Source: a virus (Duplodnaviria; Caudoviricetes). Taken from it: 56,447 bases of DNA. The notes below the pieces were generated by a model. The model was not told where the DNA came from. It saw nothing but the letters and a program-made list of their open reading frames with translations, and did not search any database. Within the stretch, counting starts at the first letter, position 1. Every line of letters begins with the position of its first letter. Below are positions 10,490 to 19,977 of this stretch, piece after piece. Position numbers and translations under genes: made by a program. The stretch covers positions 1-56,447 of the IMG/VR virus record IMGVR_UViG_3300023181_000034; one strand, given 5' to 3'.

Positions 10490-10836
10490 GGGGGCGGTTA
10501 TGGATTTGACTGAGTAAGAAGTAATTAATGTCATGCACAGGAGTATCTACTGTTAAATGGATGCAAAGCTATAAAAGGCAAAAACACAGAAGCGAAAGTT
10601 ATTCAACTAGGTTCAATGACTTTCAATGATGCAATTGAATTGGTTTCTAACGACATTATTGTTAGAGAAGCAGCTTAGAACTGTAAAACGGATTGTCTGA
10701 TCTTTAAACAGAATGGTGGAACCCTTGCTTTTCCAAAGCGAGCCCTTTACTAATCAGGTAAAACAGATTGAAAGCATGTAGTAACGCATTAATCAACTAG
10801 TACGACAGGACAAGGGTTCGACTCCCTTCGCCTCCA
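10490..10836 (+). ncRNA. ssrA: tmRNA (one-piece), tag GKNTEAKVIQLGSMTFNDAIELVSNDIIVREAA*
   Basis: Acceptor stem GGGGGCG/CGCCTCC with G3-U wobble and A discriminator; GGATTTGAC D-loop region; T arm AAGGG-TTCGACT-CCCTT; helix 2 ATTAATG..CATGC/GCATG..CATTAAT; tag frame 10577-10678 ending AA-stop. Confidence 0.93.
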
Positions 10837-10910
10837 AGATTACGATGTTAAACTACCTCCACGCGGTGTAGTCTGGGTAACGCCAAATGTTTAACGAACA
10901 ATAAAAAGAT

Positions 10911-11339
10911 ATGGAAAGATTCTATTCAAAAGTACAAAAGACAAATTCATGTTGGAACTGGATCGCTGCATCTAGGGGAAACGGTTATGGTGCGTTTAGA
11001 TTAGGTGGTAAGATTATAGACGCTCATCGAGTATCATTCACTTTAAATAATGGAGAAATACCTGATGGACTTTATGTTTGCCATAAATGTGATAATAGAA
11101 AATGTGTTAATCCTGACCATTTATTTTTAGGAACACCAAAAGTTAACCATCAAGACGCTGTTGACAAAGGTAGAATTGTACTTCCGGTTATGCACGACTT
11201 GATTCACGGTACTAAGAGTGGATATATTAAACACAAATGTAGATGCAAACTGTGTTCAGATAATAAACTGACATACTACAAACTAAAGCAAAGGGAATAT
11301 CGAGAACGTAAAAAAGCGAGATCGCTAGAGACTGCATGA
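10911..11339 (+). CDS. HNH homing endonuclease (HNH_3-like)
   Basis: CWNW...GYG...AHRVSF...[21 protein letters not shown]. Confidence 0.9.
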   Translation: MERFYSKVQKTNSCWNWIAASRGNGYGAFRLGGKIIDAHRVSFTLNNGEIPDGLYVCHKCDNRKCVNPDHLFLGTPKVNHQDAVDKGRIVLPVMHDLIHGTKSGYIKHKCRCKLCSDNKLTYYKLKQREYRERKKARSLETA

Positions 11340-11516
11340 TACTAAAGCCATCACCACACGGGAATCCGGCACGGTAGAGGCACACAACAAGCCCACATAG
11401 GGCAATTTTTAGTTTAGGTTGCTGCACATGCGGCGTTTAGTGGTGGGTTGTGGCGACTCACCACTTTATTGTACCTGGAGCCGCAGGATGTGTAACTAAT
11501 TGCCGAAAGGCGTAAA

Positions 11517-11855
11517 ATGAATATGGAATCACTAAGTGAAGTTTTAAAGAAAAGGGATCATTTGAATGATCTAGTTAACATTCATACTAATATGGATAAG
11601 ATATTCGAGGACTGCATAAAGGATAAAAGTAATTACGATTACATCCTGAAGGATGCTGAATTATCAAGTAACTATTTGATATTAAAGTTCCCTACTGCAA
11701 ATAAGGAATGGTCAGATGATATTTTACGAATTGCTATGAGGTTATGTGAATTAGGATCGTATATAGCCGTTCATTCGGGGGATAAATTGGGGCATATTAG
11801 GATTGATATTACCGACTGCATCAATTTTCTAACAACAAATAATCCAAATGATTAG
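11517..11855 (+). CDS. Hypothetical protein
   Basis: ORF in the accessory block. Confidence 0.6.
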   Translation: MNMESLSEVLKKRDHLNDLVNIHTNMDKIFEDCIKDKSNYDYILKDAELSSNYLILKFPTANKEWSDDILRIAMRLCELGSYIAVHSGDKLGHIRIDITDCINFLTTNNPND

Positions 11856-11957
11856 CGGGGCAATAGTGGGCACCCTCCTTTGGCTATGGCTGTTCTGGGA
11901 GGCTAAGAATGCACCGCAAGATCCTGAGGAATTGACACCAATAAACGAAAACAAGAT

Positions 11958-12308
11958 ATGAAAGTAGAAGAAATAGCTGAACAACTTTGGGATAAGTATT
12001 CAGAGCACATTGACGACAATTTGTTTTCATTGGATAGTGTTGCAGGAACATCTGTAATAACAAGTAGGAGATTGTTCTTAAAAGCAGTAAACGAAGCTGT
12101 GCAAATATCCAATGAATCACAATGGATTGATGTAAAACAACTACTACCTGAAGAAAATGTCGTAGTGCTAGTTCTGACCTTAGGGTGCATTGAAACTGCA
12201 TCATTTTATCACACTTCATTTTACAGCACAGTAGAAGGAACGTTCAGTTTTGTAACACATTGGATGCCTTTGCCAGATAAACCAACTAACAACCAAAGTC
12301 CCGAGTAG
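11958..12308 (+). CDS. DUF551-like protein
   Basis: WIDVKQLLP...VTHWMPLP. Confidence 0.75.
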   Translation: MKVEEIAEQLWDKYSEHIDDNLFSLDSVAGTSVITSRRLFLKAVNEAVQISNESQWIDVKQLLPEENVVVLVLTLGCIETASFYHTSFYSTVEGTFSFVTHWMPLPDKPTNNQSPE

Positions 12309-12348
12309 GGCACACACGAACCGCCAGCGATGGTGATAAATAAACAAT

Positions 12349-12630
12349 ATGAAAACAGATTTCTTTTTAACAATCAACTCCAGAGGTGGAGTCAAAACAA
12401 CCAAAAATAGACCGGGATTAGATTTTGATGAAGTAGCTATCAAAATGACTATGGAAGTTCCTGACATGCTTTTCAAAAAGCCTCAGTTAACGGCAAGCAT
12501 TATTATCCCTGAATCTGCAGCAACTCCTAAAGAGATTGATGTTGAAATGAGAGATAACATTCAAGATGCCATTGAGACAGTGACAGGCATGGAAGTTAAA
12601 TTAACAATTCAATCAGAAGGGGAAGCGTAA
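12349..12630 (+). CDS. Hypothetical protein
   Basis: ORF with A-rich translation start. Confidence 0.65.
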   Translation: MKTDFFLTINSRGGVKTTKNRPGLDFDEVAIKMTMEVPDMLFKKPQLTASIIIPESAATPKEIDVEMRDNIQDAIETVTGMEVKLTIQSEGEA

Positions 12631-12830
12631 TGGACCAGATCACACTATTAAAAAGAGATATAGCCTTGCTAAAGCAGCAACAGGCGGAGAGTACGAGACT
12701 ACTGAAAGCCTGTAAGGGGCACGTAGGCATGATGCTCGGAGAGGACATCGAATTACACTTAGCAGAAGTAACAGGAACCTACTTCAATGCTAAAGATTAC
12801 CATTCGGAAAGATTGCCCGGTGAACAATGA
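12630..12830 (+). CDS. Hypothetical protein
   Basis: TAATG-coupled ORF. Confidence 0.6.
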   Translation: MDQITLLKRDIALLKQQQAESTRLLKACKGHVGMMLGEDIELHLAEVTGTYFNAKDYHSERLPGEQ

Positions 12831-12942
12831 TCATTAAAACCATCCTCATCCTGATCGCTCTAGGACTAATCTATTATCTAGCGAAGGCATTAGGTAGGTG
12901 GTAAACTATTAAACCCATAAACGTCCGCGAGGGCATAGAAGT

Positions 12943-13155
12943 ATGAAAAAAAGAGAATTATTGCCTTTAGTGGCTCTTATCTTATTCCAGATAGCATTAC
13001 CAATCCTATTAGTTTGGGGTGAAGTATTATGCATCTACAAGTTTGTGAAATGTGATTTTTCAGATGCTACGAGTTATAAGCCTGAAATAGTTTATGGTAT
13101 CGGAACCTTTACGGGAACAGGTATTATCATTGGTTGGATGGATTTAGGTAAATAA
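12943..13155 (+). CDS. Small membrane protein
   Basis: Two hydrophobic segments. Confidence 0.6.
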   Translation: MKKRELLPLVALILFQIALPILLVWGEVLCIYKFVKCDFSDATSYKPEIVYGIGTFTGTGIIIGWMDLGK

Positions 13156-13162
13156 ACGGGAT

Positions 13163-13369
13163 ATGAACAACTGGCAATTATGTCCTAAATGTAATGGGCA
13201 AGGAACAAACTACAATAATAACGCTATAACGACATCTTGCATATGCGATTTATGCAATGGTCATAAAGTTATATCAGCATTTACAGGGAAACCACCTCAA
13301 TCGGTGAGCATTCAAGAATTTAAACCAAATCCATTTTTCAAAGAAACACAAGACACAACCAGAGGGTAA
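13163..13369 (+). CDS. DnaJ-type zinc-finger small protein
   Basis: CPKCNGQG...CDLCNG. Confidence 0.7.
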   Translation: MNNWQLCPKCNGQGTNYNNNAITTSCICDLCNGHKVISAFTGKPPQSVSIQEFKPNPFFKETQDTTRG

Positions 13370-13370
13370 C

Positions 13371-13862
13371 ATGAAAGACCAAAAAACAGTATCAAACGAG
13401 TTCCATGAACTGGAATACGTTGCAAAGAAATTTAACTTGCCTGTGTGGCAAGTAATGAAAGCTAAGGAGGAGTTAGGCACGAATGATAGGAAGTCAATCT
13501 ATCAGGAGTTGGAGAAGGTAGCGAACGGTGAAACCGTTTATTCTAAAGCTATGTTTTGGCTTAACAATGGGCAAACTGGAAGCAGTTCTGAAACAATGTG
13601 GAATTGCTTAATGGGTAACAAGGATTTCAGTATCAGTTTTCCTTACGATCCATCGGACTTCAATAGGTGTTATGGTTTACTTGAAATGGTTCCTGAATGG
13701 AAAAGCCGATTGAGTGAAGTTGCTGTATTAAGCCCTGAATGGAAAGGTATTATTGAAAATTGGGATAAGCTAGTGGCTTATTTGGAAGATCAAAAGAATA
13801 CAGGTAATCTTAACGGAATGTATCAGTTCATGCAGGATTTGAGAGGGGAGGCTAAATCATGA
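13371..13862 (+). CDS. Hypothetical protein (DUF3606-like N-terminus fused to a conserved phage domain)
   Basis: HELEYVAKKF...GTNDR then WLNNGQTGSSSETM...PYDPSDFNRC. Confidence 0.6.
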   Translation: MKDQKTVSNEFHELEYVAKKFNLPVWQVMKAKEELGTNDRKSIYQELEKVANGETVYSKAMFWLNNGQTGSSSETMWNCLMGNKDFSISFPYDPSDFNRCYGLLEMVPEWKSRLSEVAVLSPEWKGIIENWDKLVAYLEDQKNTGNLNGMYQFMQDLRGEAKS

Positions 13863-14494
13863 TCAGCAAAATAAACAAAGGCGAAAAGTTCGTGTGTGTG
13901 AACAGCCGCCCCAACGTGCACACAACAGTCGGTAAAGTCTACACATCACATGCTGATGGAGAACTTTATACTGACAACAATTTCAGAGTACTAGTTGACC
14001 TGAGCGATATTGCTTGCCAGACAACATTCTCGTTGGACTTCATCCTCTACACCTATGCCGCAGTTTCAGCGCATTACAGCACGCTCAAATCAATGGATGA
14101 AGCTGACCCCTTCGCAATGCTATTGCTTGACCTAGAACCTACGTTGGCTAGTGAGGCGTGTTCTTGTGGTGAGCATAGTCCTAATGGGATATATTCAGGC
14201 AAGGGTGGGTTAGGCTTCGTAACACCTGAGCAGATGAAAGAGGTGGATAAAAAAATCAATTGGAGGGATCAAGACCTGACGTATGCTAAACATACACCAG
14301 CAGCCAACCTCCCACCCTACTACGACAACACCAACGGTTCACTATACAAGATCGCAGAACAGAGGGGGTGGAACTTCTATCAGAGTGACTGCGTTAAAAG
14401 GATTGATCGTTGCTTAAAGAAAGGTAATTTCAAACAGGACATAGAGAAAACGATTGCATTATTAAACCTTTGGCTGGAGGAAACTAAATCATGA
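13859..14494 (+). CDS. Hypothetical protein
   Basis: C-terminal P.YYDN..GSLYK...KR..R..KKG...QDIEK segment resembles small phage nucleotide-binding domains. Confidence 0.6.
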   Translation: MISKINKGEKFVCVNSRPNVHTTVGKVYTSHADGELYTDNNFRVLVDLSDIACQTTFSLDFILYTYAAVSAHYSTLKSMDEADPFAMLLLDLEPTLASEACSCGEHSPNGIYSGKGGLGFVTPEQMKEVDKKINWRDQDLTYAKHTPAANLPPYYDNTNGSLYKIAEQRGWNFYQSDCVKRIDRCLKKGNFKQDIEKTIALLNLWLEETKS

Positions 14495-14892
14495 CCATCA
14501 AGAAAATAATTGGCTGGACAATCATAGCGTTCTTCTGGATTGGAATGATCTATTTTTATGCGACACAGGTGCCTTGGTATGCAATATTGATAGGCATAGG
14601 TGGACTAACTTTATTTACCGGAGGCATGGCGTTAGTTATTTGGTTGATATCAGATCCAAAAGCGGAAGATAATAAAACAGAAAATAACATGAAAGGATTA
14701 ACAGGAGGGCTTGAAAAATATAGATTCCCTTTCAGAGTCGGAAGAAAACAGAAAAGAGCGTTACTTGATGCTGATGGATTAGAGATTGTTATTTTTCCTA
14801 TCGGCAATGAAGAGATAGCTAGAATCACATGCGATATGTGGAACGATTGGCATAAAGAGTTATGTAAAAGTTGGGGGGATTTGGCATCATGA
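14491..14892 (+). CDS. Membrane-anchored hypothetical protein; soluble domain paralogous to 42356-42643
   Basis: Two TM segments then YRFPFRVGRKQKRALLDADG...ITCDMWN. Confidence 0.65.
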   Translation: MTIKKIIGWTIIAFFWIGMIYFYATQVPWYAILIGIGGLTLFTGGMALVIWLISDPKAEDNKTENNMKGLTGGLEKYRFPFRVGRKQKRALLDADGLEIVIFPIGNEEIARITCDMWNDWHKELCKSWGDLAS

Positions 14893-15236
14893 TCCGTAAA
14901 ATACAAGTCACACAAGCTAAAGTTCCAGCAATACTGCGTTCTCTCAGTCTCGTTAAGATAGCAACTGACGTAGCGAACATTGAATACACTCAGTATCTCG
15001 ATCACAATCTAAGATCCCCAACTATCCACGCTAAACTAAACACAGCATCAGCGAACCTGGAATATGCTGGTAAACAAATTGCAAGCGCATTCCTGACCGT
15101 TCCTAACGAGGATGTAACAGAGGGGATCACATTCAAACTTCACGAGATCATGCAATTGATTATGAAACTAGATGAGCCAACGGTTGATGAGTTGTTGGGC
15201 AATCTGCAGAAGGTAACAACGGAGGCGCAATCATGA
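14889..15236 (+). CDS. Hypothetical protein
   Basis: ATGA-coupled start at 14889. Confidence 0.6.
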   Translation: MIRKIQVTQAKVPAILRSLSLVKIATDVANIEYTQYLDHNLRSPTIHAKLNTASANLEYAGKQIASAFLTVPNEDVTEGITFKLHEIMQLIMKLDEPTVDELLGNLQKVTTEAQS

Positions 15237-15372
15237 CCAGACCCAAATCAATGTTTATCGCAATAATTATTACAATAATCATATACCTATCAGTAAAGAC
15301 AGCGCTTGAGTTGGGTGAACAAGATAGGGTGGATTGGTTCCCGAATCACTCACGTATTCCAGAGCAGACAAG

Positions 15373-15741
15373 ATGAAACCAAACAGACAAGCCATCCTAG
15401 AAAAATACGCTAATCGATGCGGCTATTGTGGCATCCCTATAACATTAAAAGAAATGCAGGTTGATCACATTATTCCTCAGTATTGGATTGAGTGCAATCA
15501 AGCAACTAAGGAGCAGGTTTATTGCATTGACAACCTTATGCCAGCATGCAGATCATGTAACGGTTTTAAAGACACCTTTAGTTTAGAAACATTTAGATCA
15601 GAAGTTTCAGAACAACCCAACCGATTAAGAAAATACAAACACACCTTCCGACTAGCCGAACGTTTTGGATTGATATCGTGCACACCTAAGCCTATTGTAT
15701 TTTGGTTTGAAAAGTATGAGTTGGAGCATACCAATAAATAA
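15373..15741 (+). CDS. HNH endonuclease
   Basis: CGYCG...MQVDHIIP...NLMPACRSCN..K. Confidence 0.88.
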   Translation: MKPNRQAILEKYANRCGYCGIPITLKEMQVDHIIPQYWIECNQATKEQVYCIDNLMPACRSCNGFKDTFSLETFRSEVSEQPNRLRKYKHTFRLAERFGLISCTPKPIVFWFEKYELEHTNK

Positions 15742-15791
15742 AAACACATAATAATTGAATACCAATTAAAAGTTAGTATATTGCATTATAT

Positions 15792-15889
15792 TAACGAAGC
15801 GGAATTTCGTTAGGCATATTAAAGAACTTTAGAGGCTATTTGAACATGGTTGCAGGATTCCGCCCTGATCCGGTTTAAGTAGCTTTTTT
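15792..15889 (+). ncRNA. Kissing-loop leader element A
   Basis: TAACGAA-[GCGGAAT]-TTCGTTA hairpin; long terminator-like hairpin with apical CAGG-[ATTCCGC]-CCTG; U tract; TATATTGC at 15777. Confidence 0.7.
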
Positions 15890-15904
15890 AATTGGATAGG
15901 AATT

Positions 15905-16465
15905 ATGAAATTGGAATTACGCCACTTAGCGCCCTACTTGCCTTATAAACTTAAAGGTAGATTTAAATTAAAGGATGTGGTTAACACATATAAAGACGAA
16001 GTAAGAGAAAAAGAGTTGAACACTGATAGTGCAACTTTTTTCTTGCTTTATTGTAAACCGATACTAAGACCTTTATCAGATATGATTATTGATATTACTT
16101 CGAATGGTAAGACAGTAGTTCCAATGATTGAAATACTTAAAATAAGTGAGCCATATTCCGCATTTACTTTGGATGATATAGATCGATTAAGACTAAAAAT
16201 TACACATGAGCATTACAGCACTTCAATTGGTGAAACTGATACTTATACCGCTGAATATGTAATAAAAACTGGAAATATGGGTGATCTTACTCATCATTTT
16301 CAATACTGGGAGCAATTACAAAGATTTTCAAAACGTGACGTTACTAGAGACGTAACGCTTGGTACCGCAAGGCAGCTAGAAATGTTCCAAAAACTATTTG
16401 AATACCATTTTGATGTTTTCGGACTGATTGAACAAGGATTAGCTATTGATATAAACATAATGTAA
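15905..16465 (+). CDS. Hypothetical protein (LAPYLPY family, paralog of 47652-48044)
   Basis: MKLELRHLAPYLPY...KPILRPLSD...HFDVFGLI..GLAIDIN. Confidence 0.7.
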   Translation: MKLELRHLAPYLPYKLKGRFKLKDVVNTYKDEVREKELNTDSATFFLLYCKPILRPLSDMIIDITSNGKTVVPMIEILKISEPYSAFTLDDIDRLRLKITHEHYSTSIGETDTYTAEYVIKTGNMGDLTHHFQYWEQLQRFSKRDVTRDVTLGTARQLEMFQKLFEYHFDVFGLIEQGLAIDINIM

Positions 16466-16475
16466 CAGGAATATT

Positions 16476-16712
16476 ATGGAACCAATAGGTAAATATATTG
16501 AAGGCACTGATATGGAACAATTCGAGCATGTACCTCAGATAAGTGTTTACAATAATAATTATTACAAAGGATTCGATAATGATGTGTTATTCGCTCATTC
16601 TGACGATGACAATACAACCGAATGGTATTTAGTGAATAAAGGAGGCGGGCTTAAATTTATTAAGATTGGTCTATCTTTTTGTGACAAAGAGGAATTATGT
16701 TTAATAGATTAA
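16476..16712 (+). CDS. Hypothetical protein
   Basis: ORF in operon. Confidence 0.6.
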   Translation: MEPIGKYIEGTDMEQFEHVPQISVYNNNYYKGFDNDVLFAHSDDDNTTEWYLVNKGGGLKFIKIGLSFCDKEELCLID

Positions 16713-16778
16713 ATCATACCCCCTATAACGTGCCGCCCTGTAAAGGCAGCATTTTGTGGTACAAAGCAAATAAGAATC

Positions 16779-17180
16779 ATGGGTTACGAAGTAAGAAGTA
16801 GAGATTTAAAAGGCATTTCAAATAGCGGAATGTACGCACAAGAATCATATAAGGACTATAAAAAGTACATTATATCAAAGGATTCCACTATGTACGGCTA
16901 TCTATTAATTAAAACGAAACAAGTAAAACAAGGATTCGTTGTTAAATTTAGATTTCATACACGTGGTATTTGGTATTGGAAACCTGACCTTAGATTCCGT
17001 TGGAAGTGGGAAGGTATAATGATTAACTGGCTATGCTTCTTTATCCATATCGAACCTATTTTCACTGATGTAACCGATAAGGTTGTTGGCGACCATTTAG
17101 GTGAACTAGAGGGTAATTCTTTAGTAGGTAAAACCATAAAACAAAGCAGATTTAATTTCAAAACTAAAATAGTAAACTAA
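16779..17180 (+). CDS. Hypothetical protein
   Basis: ORF in operon. Confidence 0.6.
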   Translation: MGYEVRSRDLKGISNSGMYAQESYKDYKKYIISKDSTMYGYLLIKTKQVKQGFVVKFRFHTRGIWYWKPDLRFRWKWEGIMINWLCFFIHIEPIFTDVTDKVVGDHLGELEGNSLVGKTIKQSRFNFKTKIVN

Positions 17181-17422
17181 TGAATATACCAACCCAACAA
17201 GAAGTAGAAGAAGCCGCAGAACAGGTGGGAACCAATCGTTTCAGTAAGATAAACGGGAACACGCATCGGGACTTAGCTAATGAAGAACATTACTTCTTTG
17301 AAGGACATAAGGAAGGAGCTAATTGGGCGCTTCAACAACTCGAACCGCTTATCACTGAGTTAGGAATGGAAAATGTGAGGTTGAGGAAGGCGTTGGAAGC
17401 ACGGGATGTGGAAGGAAATTAG
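17180..17422 (+). CDS. Hypothetical protein
   Basis: TAATG-coupled; F.EGA.WA motif typical of small phage proteins. Confidence 0.6.
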   Translation: MNIPTQQEVEEAAEQVGTNRFSKINGNTHRDLANEEHYFFEGHKEGANWALQQLEPLITELGMENVRLRKALEARDVEGN

Positions 17423-17434
17423 TATATTTAGGGT

Positions 17435-17617
17435 ATGGAAATGACGAAGATAAAAGGAATAGAAACCAAAGAAGACATAGATAAGCTTTTATCTAAAATA
17501 AAAGATTTGTTAGAACACGGATTGAGTGTTAATAAGAAAATCACCTTATCTATTGATAAACCAAGTCAAGATGTTTTTGACGGTTATAAGCCGACAACAA
17601 TTACTATAACTGTATAA
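17435..17617 (+). CDS. Hypothetical protein
   Basis: Short ORF in operon. Confidence 0.5.
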   Translation: MEMTKIKGIETKEDIDKLLSKIKDLLEHGLSVNKKITLSIDKPSQDVFDGYKPTTITITV

Positions 17618-17671
17618 CGCACTTGCAGCCCTCACTGGGCAAGAGTTGGAATTTAAAGAAAACGCATAGTT

Positions 17672-18277
17672 ATGAAACGAGAGATACCAAAATTAGGAAC
17701 AACCAAGAAAAGTGAAGCAGATTATTCTAAGTTTGCTAAAATGAGCGAACCATCAGAAGAAATGAAAGCAAAAACTAAGCTAATTACGGATAGCATGTTC
17801 GAAGGTATAACCTCTAATTTTAACGCATTTAACGAAGAACTAGATTCTGAATTTTTTAGGGTTGTTAGGGAATTAGATTTACCATTAGATAGAGACGCGA
17901 TCAAAGCTGCTGGAGTTGTAATTGAGAGAGGTGAAACTCAGATATTCATGGAAGACAGACCGACTCCTTATTCATCAATGGACCAAACAGCAGTAATCAC
18001 ACGATACGGTAAGCCTATTTCTCGAGTTATTAAGATGACCGATAGTCGTATTGATTCAAATTGCTTAAGTCCAACACTCAAAGATTCACTTATCAAAGGA
18101 GGCGCCTTATGTGAGGTATTAGATGATTTAAAACGCATGACCTCCGATGCTACCAAAACATTACAGCAATTGTTAGATGAACCTAAACAACCCGATCATA
18201 ATTGCACAGAAATTGAAGTAGATCCAAAGAATCATAAAATTAACAGAGTTGTTTGCTTAGGTATAGAATATAAGTAA
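17672..18277 (+). CDS. Hypothetical protein
   Basis: 201-aa ORF followed by a terminator. Confidence 0.65.
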   Translation: MKREIPKLGTTKKSEADYSKFAKMSEPSEEMKAKTKLITDSMFEGITSNFNAFNEELDSEFFRVVRELDLPLDRDAIKAAGVVIERGETQIFMEDRPTPYSSMDQTAVITRYGKPISRVIKMTDSRIDSNCLSPTLKDSLIKGGALCEVLDDLKRMTSDATKTLQQLLDEPKQPDHNCTEIEVDPKNHKINRVVCLGIEYK

Positions 18278-18299
18278 CTACCTCCTGCACTTACGACCT

Positions 18300-18325
18300 A
18301 GCCTTCCATAACCGGAGGGCTTTTT
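18300..18325. terminator. Intrinsic terminator between convergent genes
   Basis: AGCCTTCC-ATAACC-GGAGGGCT-TTTT. Confidence 0.75.
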
Positions 18326-18524
18326 ACATTTCATAATCCTCTATAAGCTCACCGATCTGAGCAACCAAATCCAAGTCAGCAACACCGGTTACCAATCCCC
18401 AGGTAACGCCTAAATCATTTAAGAAAGGCTGGATTACTATATCTAAGTCAGGACCAACAACACCAAAGGTTTCGTCCTCATTGTCCGTCACGCTGTAAAC
18501 AGCATCATCTATTGTTATTTTCAT
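18324..18524 (-). CDS. Small acidic hypothetical protein
   Basis: Minus-strand ORF overlapping the end of 18505-18735. Confidence 0.6.
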   Translation of the reverse strand: MKITIDDAVYSVTDNEDETFGVVGPDLDIVIQPFLNDLGVTWGLVTGVADLDLVAQIGELIEDYEM

Positions 18525-18735
18525 ATTCTTCTATTCTATCTGAAATTGCATCCATATCATCGGCATCCATAAGCTCAGGATCTTGCAGCAACACTACCCA
18601 TTTGTTATTACGTAAGCAAATCTGCCCCCAGTAATGATTATCAATATAGATATGGTAATACCCACCCATAAGTTTAGATAGCACAACTGTTTTGTCATGA
18701 TCACCGAAAGCCGCTAGGAAAGTAATGTCTGGCAT
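18505..18735 (-). CDS. Small acidic hypothetical protein
   Basis: GGYYHIYIDNHYWGQI...W; divergent from the head operon. Confidence 0.65.
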   Translation of the reverse strand: MPDITFLAAFGDHDKTVVLSKLMGGYYHIYIDNHYWGQICLRNNKWVVLLQDPELMDADDMDAISDRIEEYENNNR

Positions 18736-18764
18736 AGGTATGTAACAGCGTTTGTGTCGGTTTG

Positions 18765-18826
18765 TTTACTTACGATGCGTAGTAAGCTAACCTGTTTCGG
18801 TGGGCGTTATGCGCGAGGTAATTTCG
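18765..18826 (+). promoter_or_regulatory. Class-II (late) promoter
   Basis: TTTAC-N12-GTAAG; GCGCGA; TAATTTCG at +54. Confidence 0.75.
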
Positions 18827-18894
18827 TATCAAAGCGAGGTGTAGCACGAGTAATTAACGGATGCAACTCAGCTAAAAAACCAAAACGAAATTAT

Positions 18895-19566
18895 ATGTCA
18901 CTTAAAATTAAGATTGCAGCACGACTGAAAGCAAAAGCAGCAGGAGTGAATCTATCTCAAAAGCGTATTGATGCTATTGTAGCAAAAGCAGAAAAGGGAT
19001 TAACGGACGAATCGGACGACACCGCTATTGATGCTAATTTGGATGCTATTAATGATCTGACTCCGTTTACGGAAATCGCATCATTTGATGATCACCAAAG
19101 AGCAAAAGCAACCAAAGACGCAGCAGAGAAAGAAGCTGCAAGACTAAAGGCCATTGAAGAAGGTAAAACTATCGAACCAGAGTTGCCAGCCGATACGCCA
19201 GAATGGATGAAAGTATTCATGAAGCAACAAGCTGACACTAACAAAGCTCTGCAAGATCAGATTGCCAAATTCGGTCAAAAAGAAGTGGCAACAACCCGTA
19301 GGGAACAATTCATTAAGTCAATGGAAGGAACTTCCAAAGAATACCAAGCGAGAGAGTTAAAGAAATTTGATAGGATCAGTTTCAAAGATGATGCAGATTT
19401 TACTTCATTCATTGATGATACCAAAGACGATCACGCAACTGCTATTCAGGAAGAAGCTAATTCAGGACTTGGTGGAGATAAACCAGCGGGTGGTGCAGGT
19501 GGTAACGCCACAAAACAAAAGGTAGCATCCAAGGAAGAGCTTGATGCAATCATGAACTCAATTTAA
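18895..19566 (+). CDS. Capsid scaffold protein
   Basis: Likely start MSLKIK at 18895; helical with P.W motif; upstream of decoration/MCP genes. Confidence 0.75.
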   Translation: MSLKIKIAARLKAKAAGVNLSQKRIDAIVAKAEKGLTDESDDTAIDANLDAINDLTPFTEIASFDDHQRAKATKDAAEKEAARLKAIEEGKTIEPELPADTPEWMKVFMKQQADTNKALQDQIAKFGQKEVATTRREQFIKSMEGTSKEYQARELKKFDRISFKDDADFTSFIDDTKDDHATAIQEEANSGLGGDKPAGGAGGNATKQKVASKEELDAIMNSI

Positions 19567-19579
19567 ACTAAAAACAACT

Positions 19580-19975
19580 ATGTACGCAGATTTAAGCAAT
19601 GCACTCGTAACGGTTGACACATCGAAAGACAGTGTTATTATCGTTGACAGGTTCGCAACAGTGAGGGGAGGCCGTACGCTTGATGTTACAGGATTTACAC
19701 CTGATGTTATTTACGCTGGTCATCCGATCATTGTAGAGACAGCAACAGGTGTTCATAAGCCTCTACCATTGAACGGAGGTGCAACCGCTTACGGAACCCT
19801 ACCAGCAGGACATACCTATACAGGTGTTCTTAATGGTTCAATATTAAAAACTAAGCCTTTCGCTGGTATTCTAACGCAAGGAACTATTAACCCAACAGCA
19901 GCCTACTATGACTTTGCTACAATTGCAGCAGCGTTCAAAGCAGCAGTGCCGTTAATTGATCAGAGGGCCGATTAA
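19580..19975 (+). CDS. Head decoration protein
   Basis: 131 aa between scaffold and MCP; GGRTLD...AG.P. Confidence 0.7.
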   Translation: MYADLSNALVTVDTSKDSVIIVDRFATVRGGRTLDVTGFTPDVIYAGHPIIVETATGVHKPLPLNGGATAYGTLPAGHTYTGVLNGSILKTKPFAGILTQGTINPTAAYYDFATIAAAFKAAVPLIDQRAD

Positions 19976-19977
19976 TC

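Noticed and set aside
10837-11400. Group I intron or split tRNA around the HNH gene
   Set aside because: A GAGACT word resembles an R element, but no matching S element, no interrupted host gene and no complete tRNA halves were seen
18754-18894. Long N-terminal extensions in the ORF track (also at 709, 28620, 36096, 44576, 46489, 55697)
   Set aside because: They run through promoters or RNA leaders; downstream ATGs with A-rich starts are more plausible
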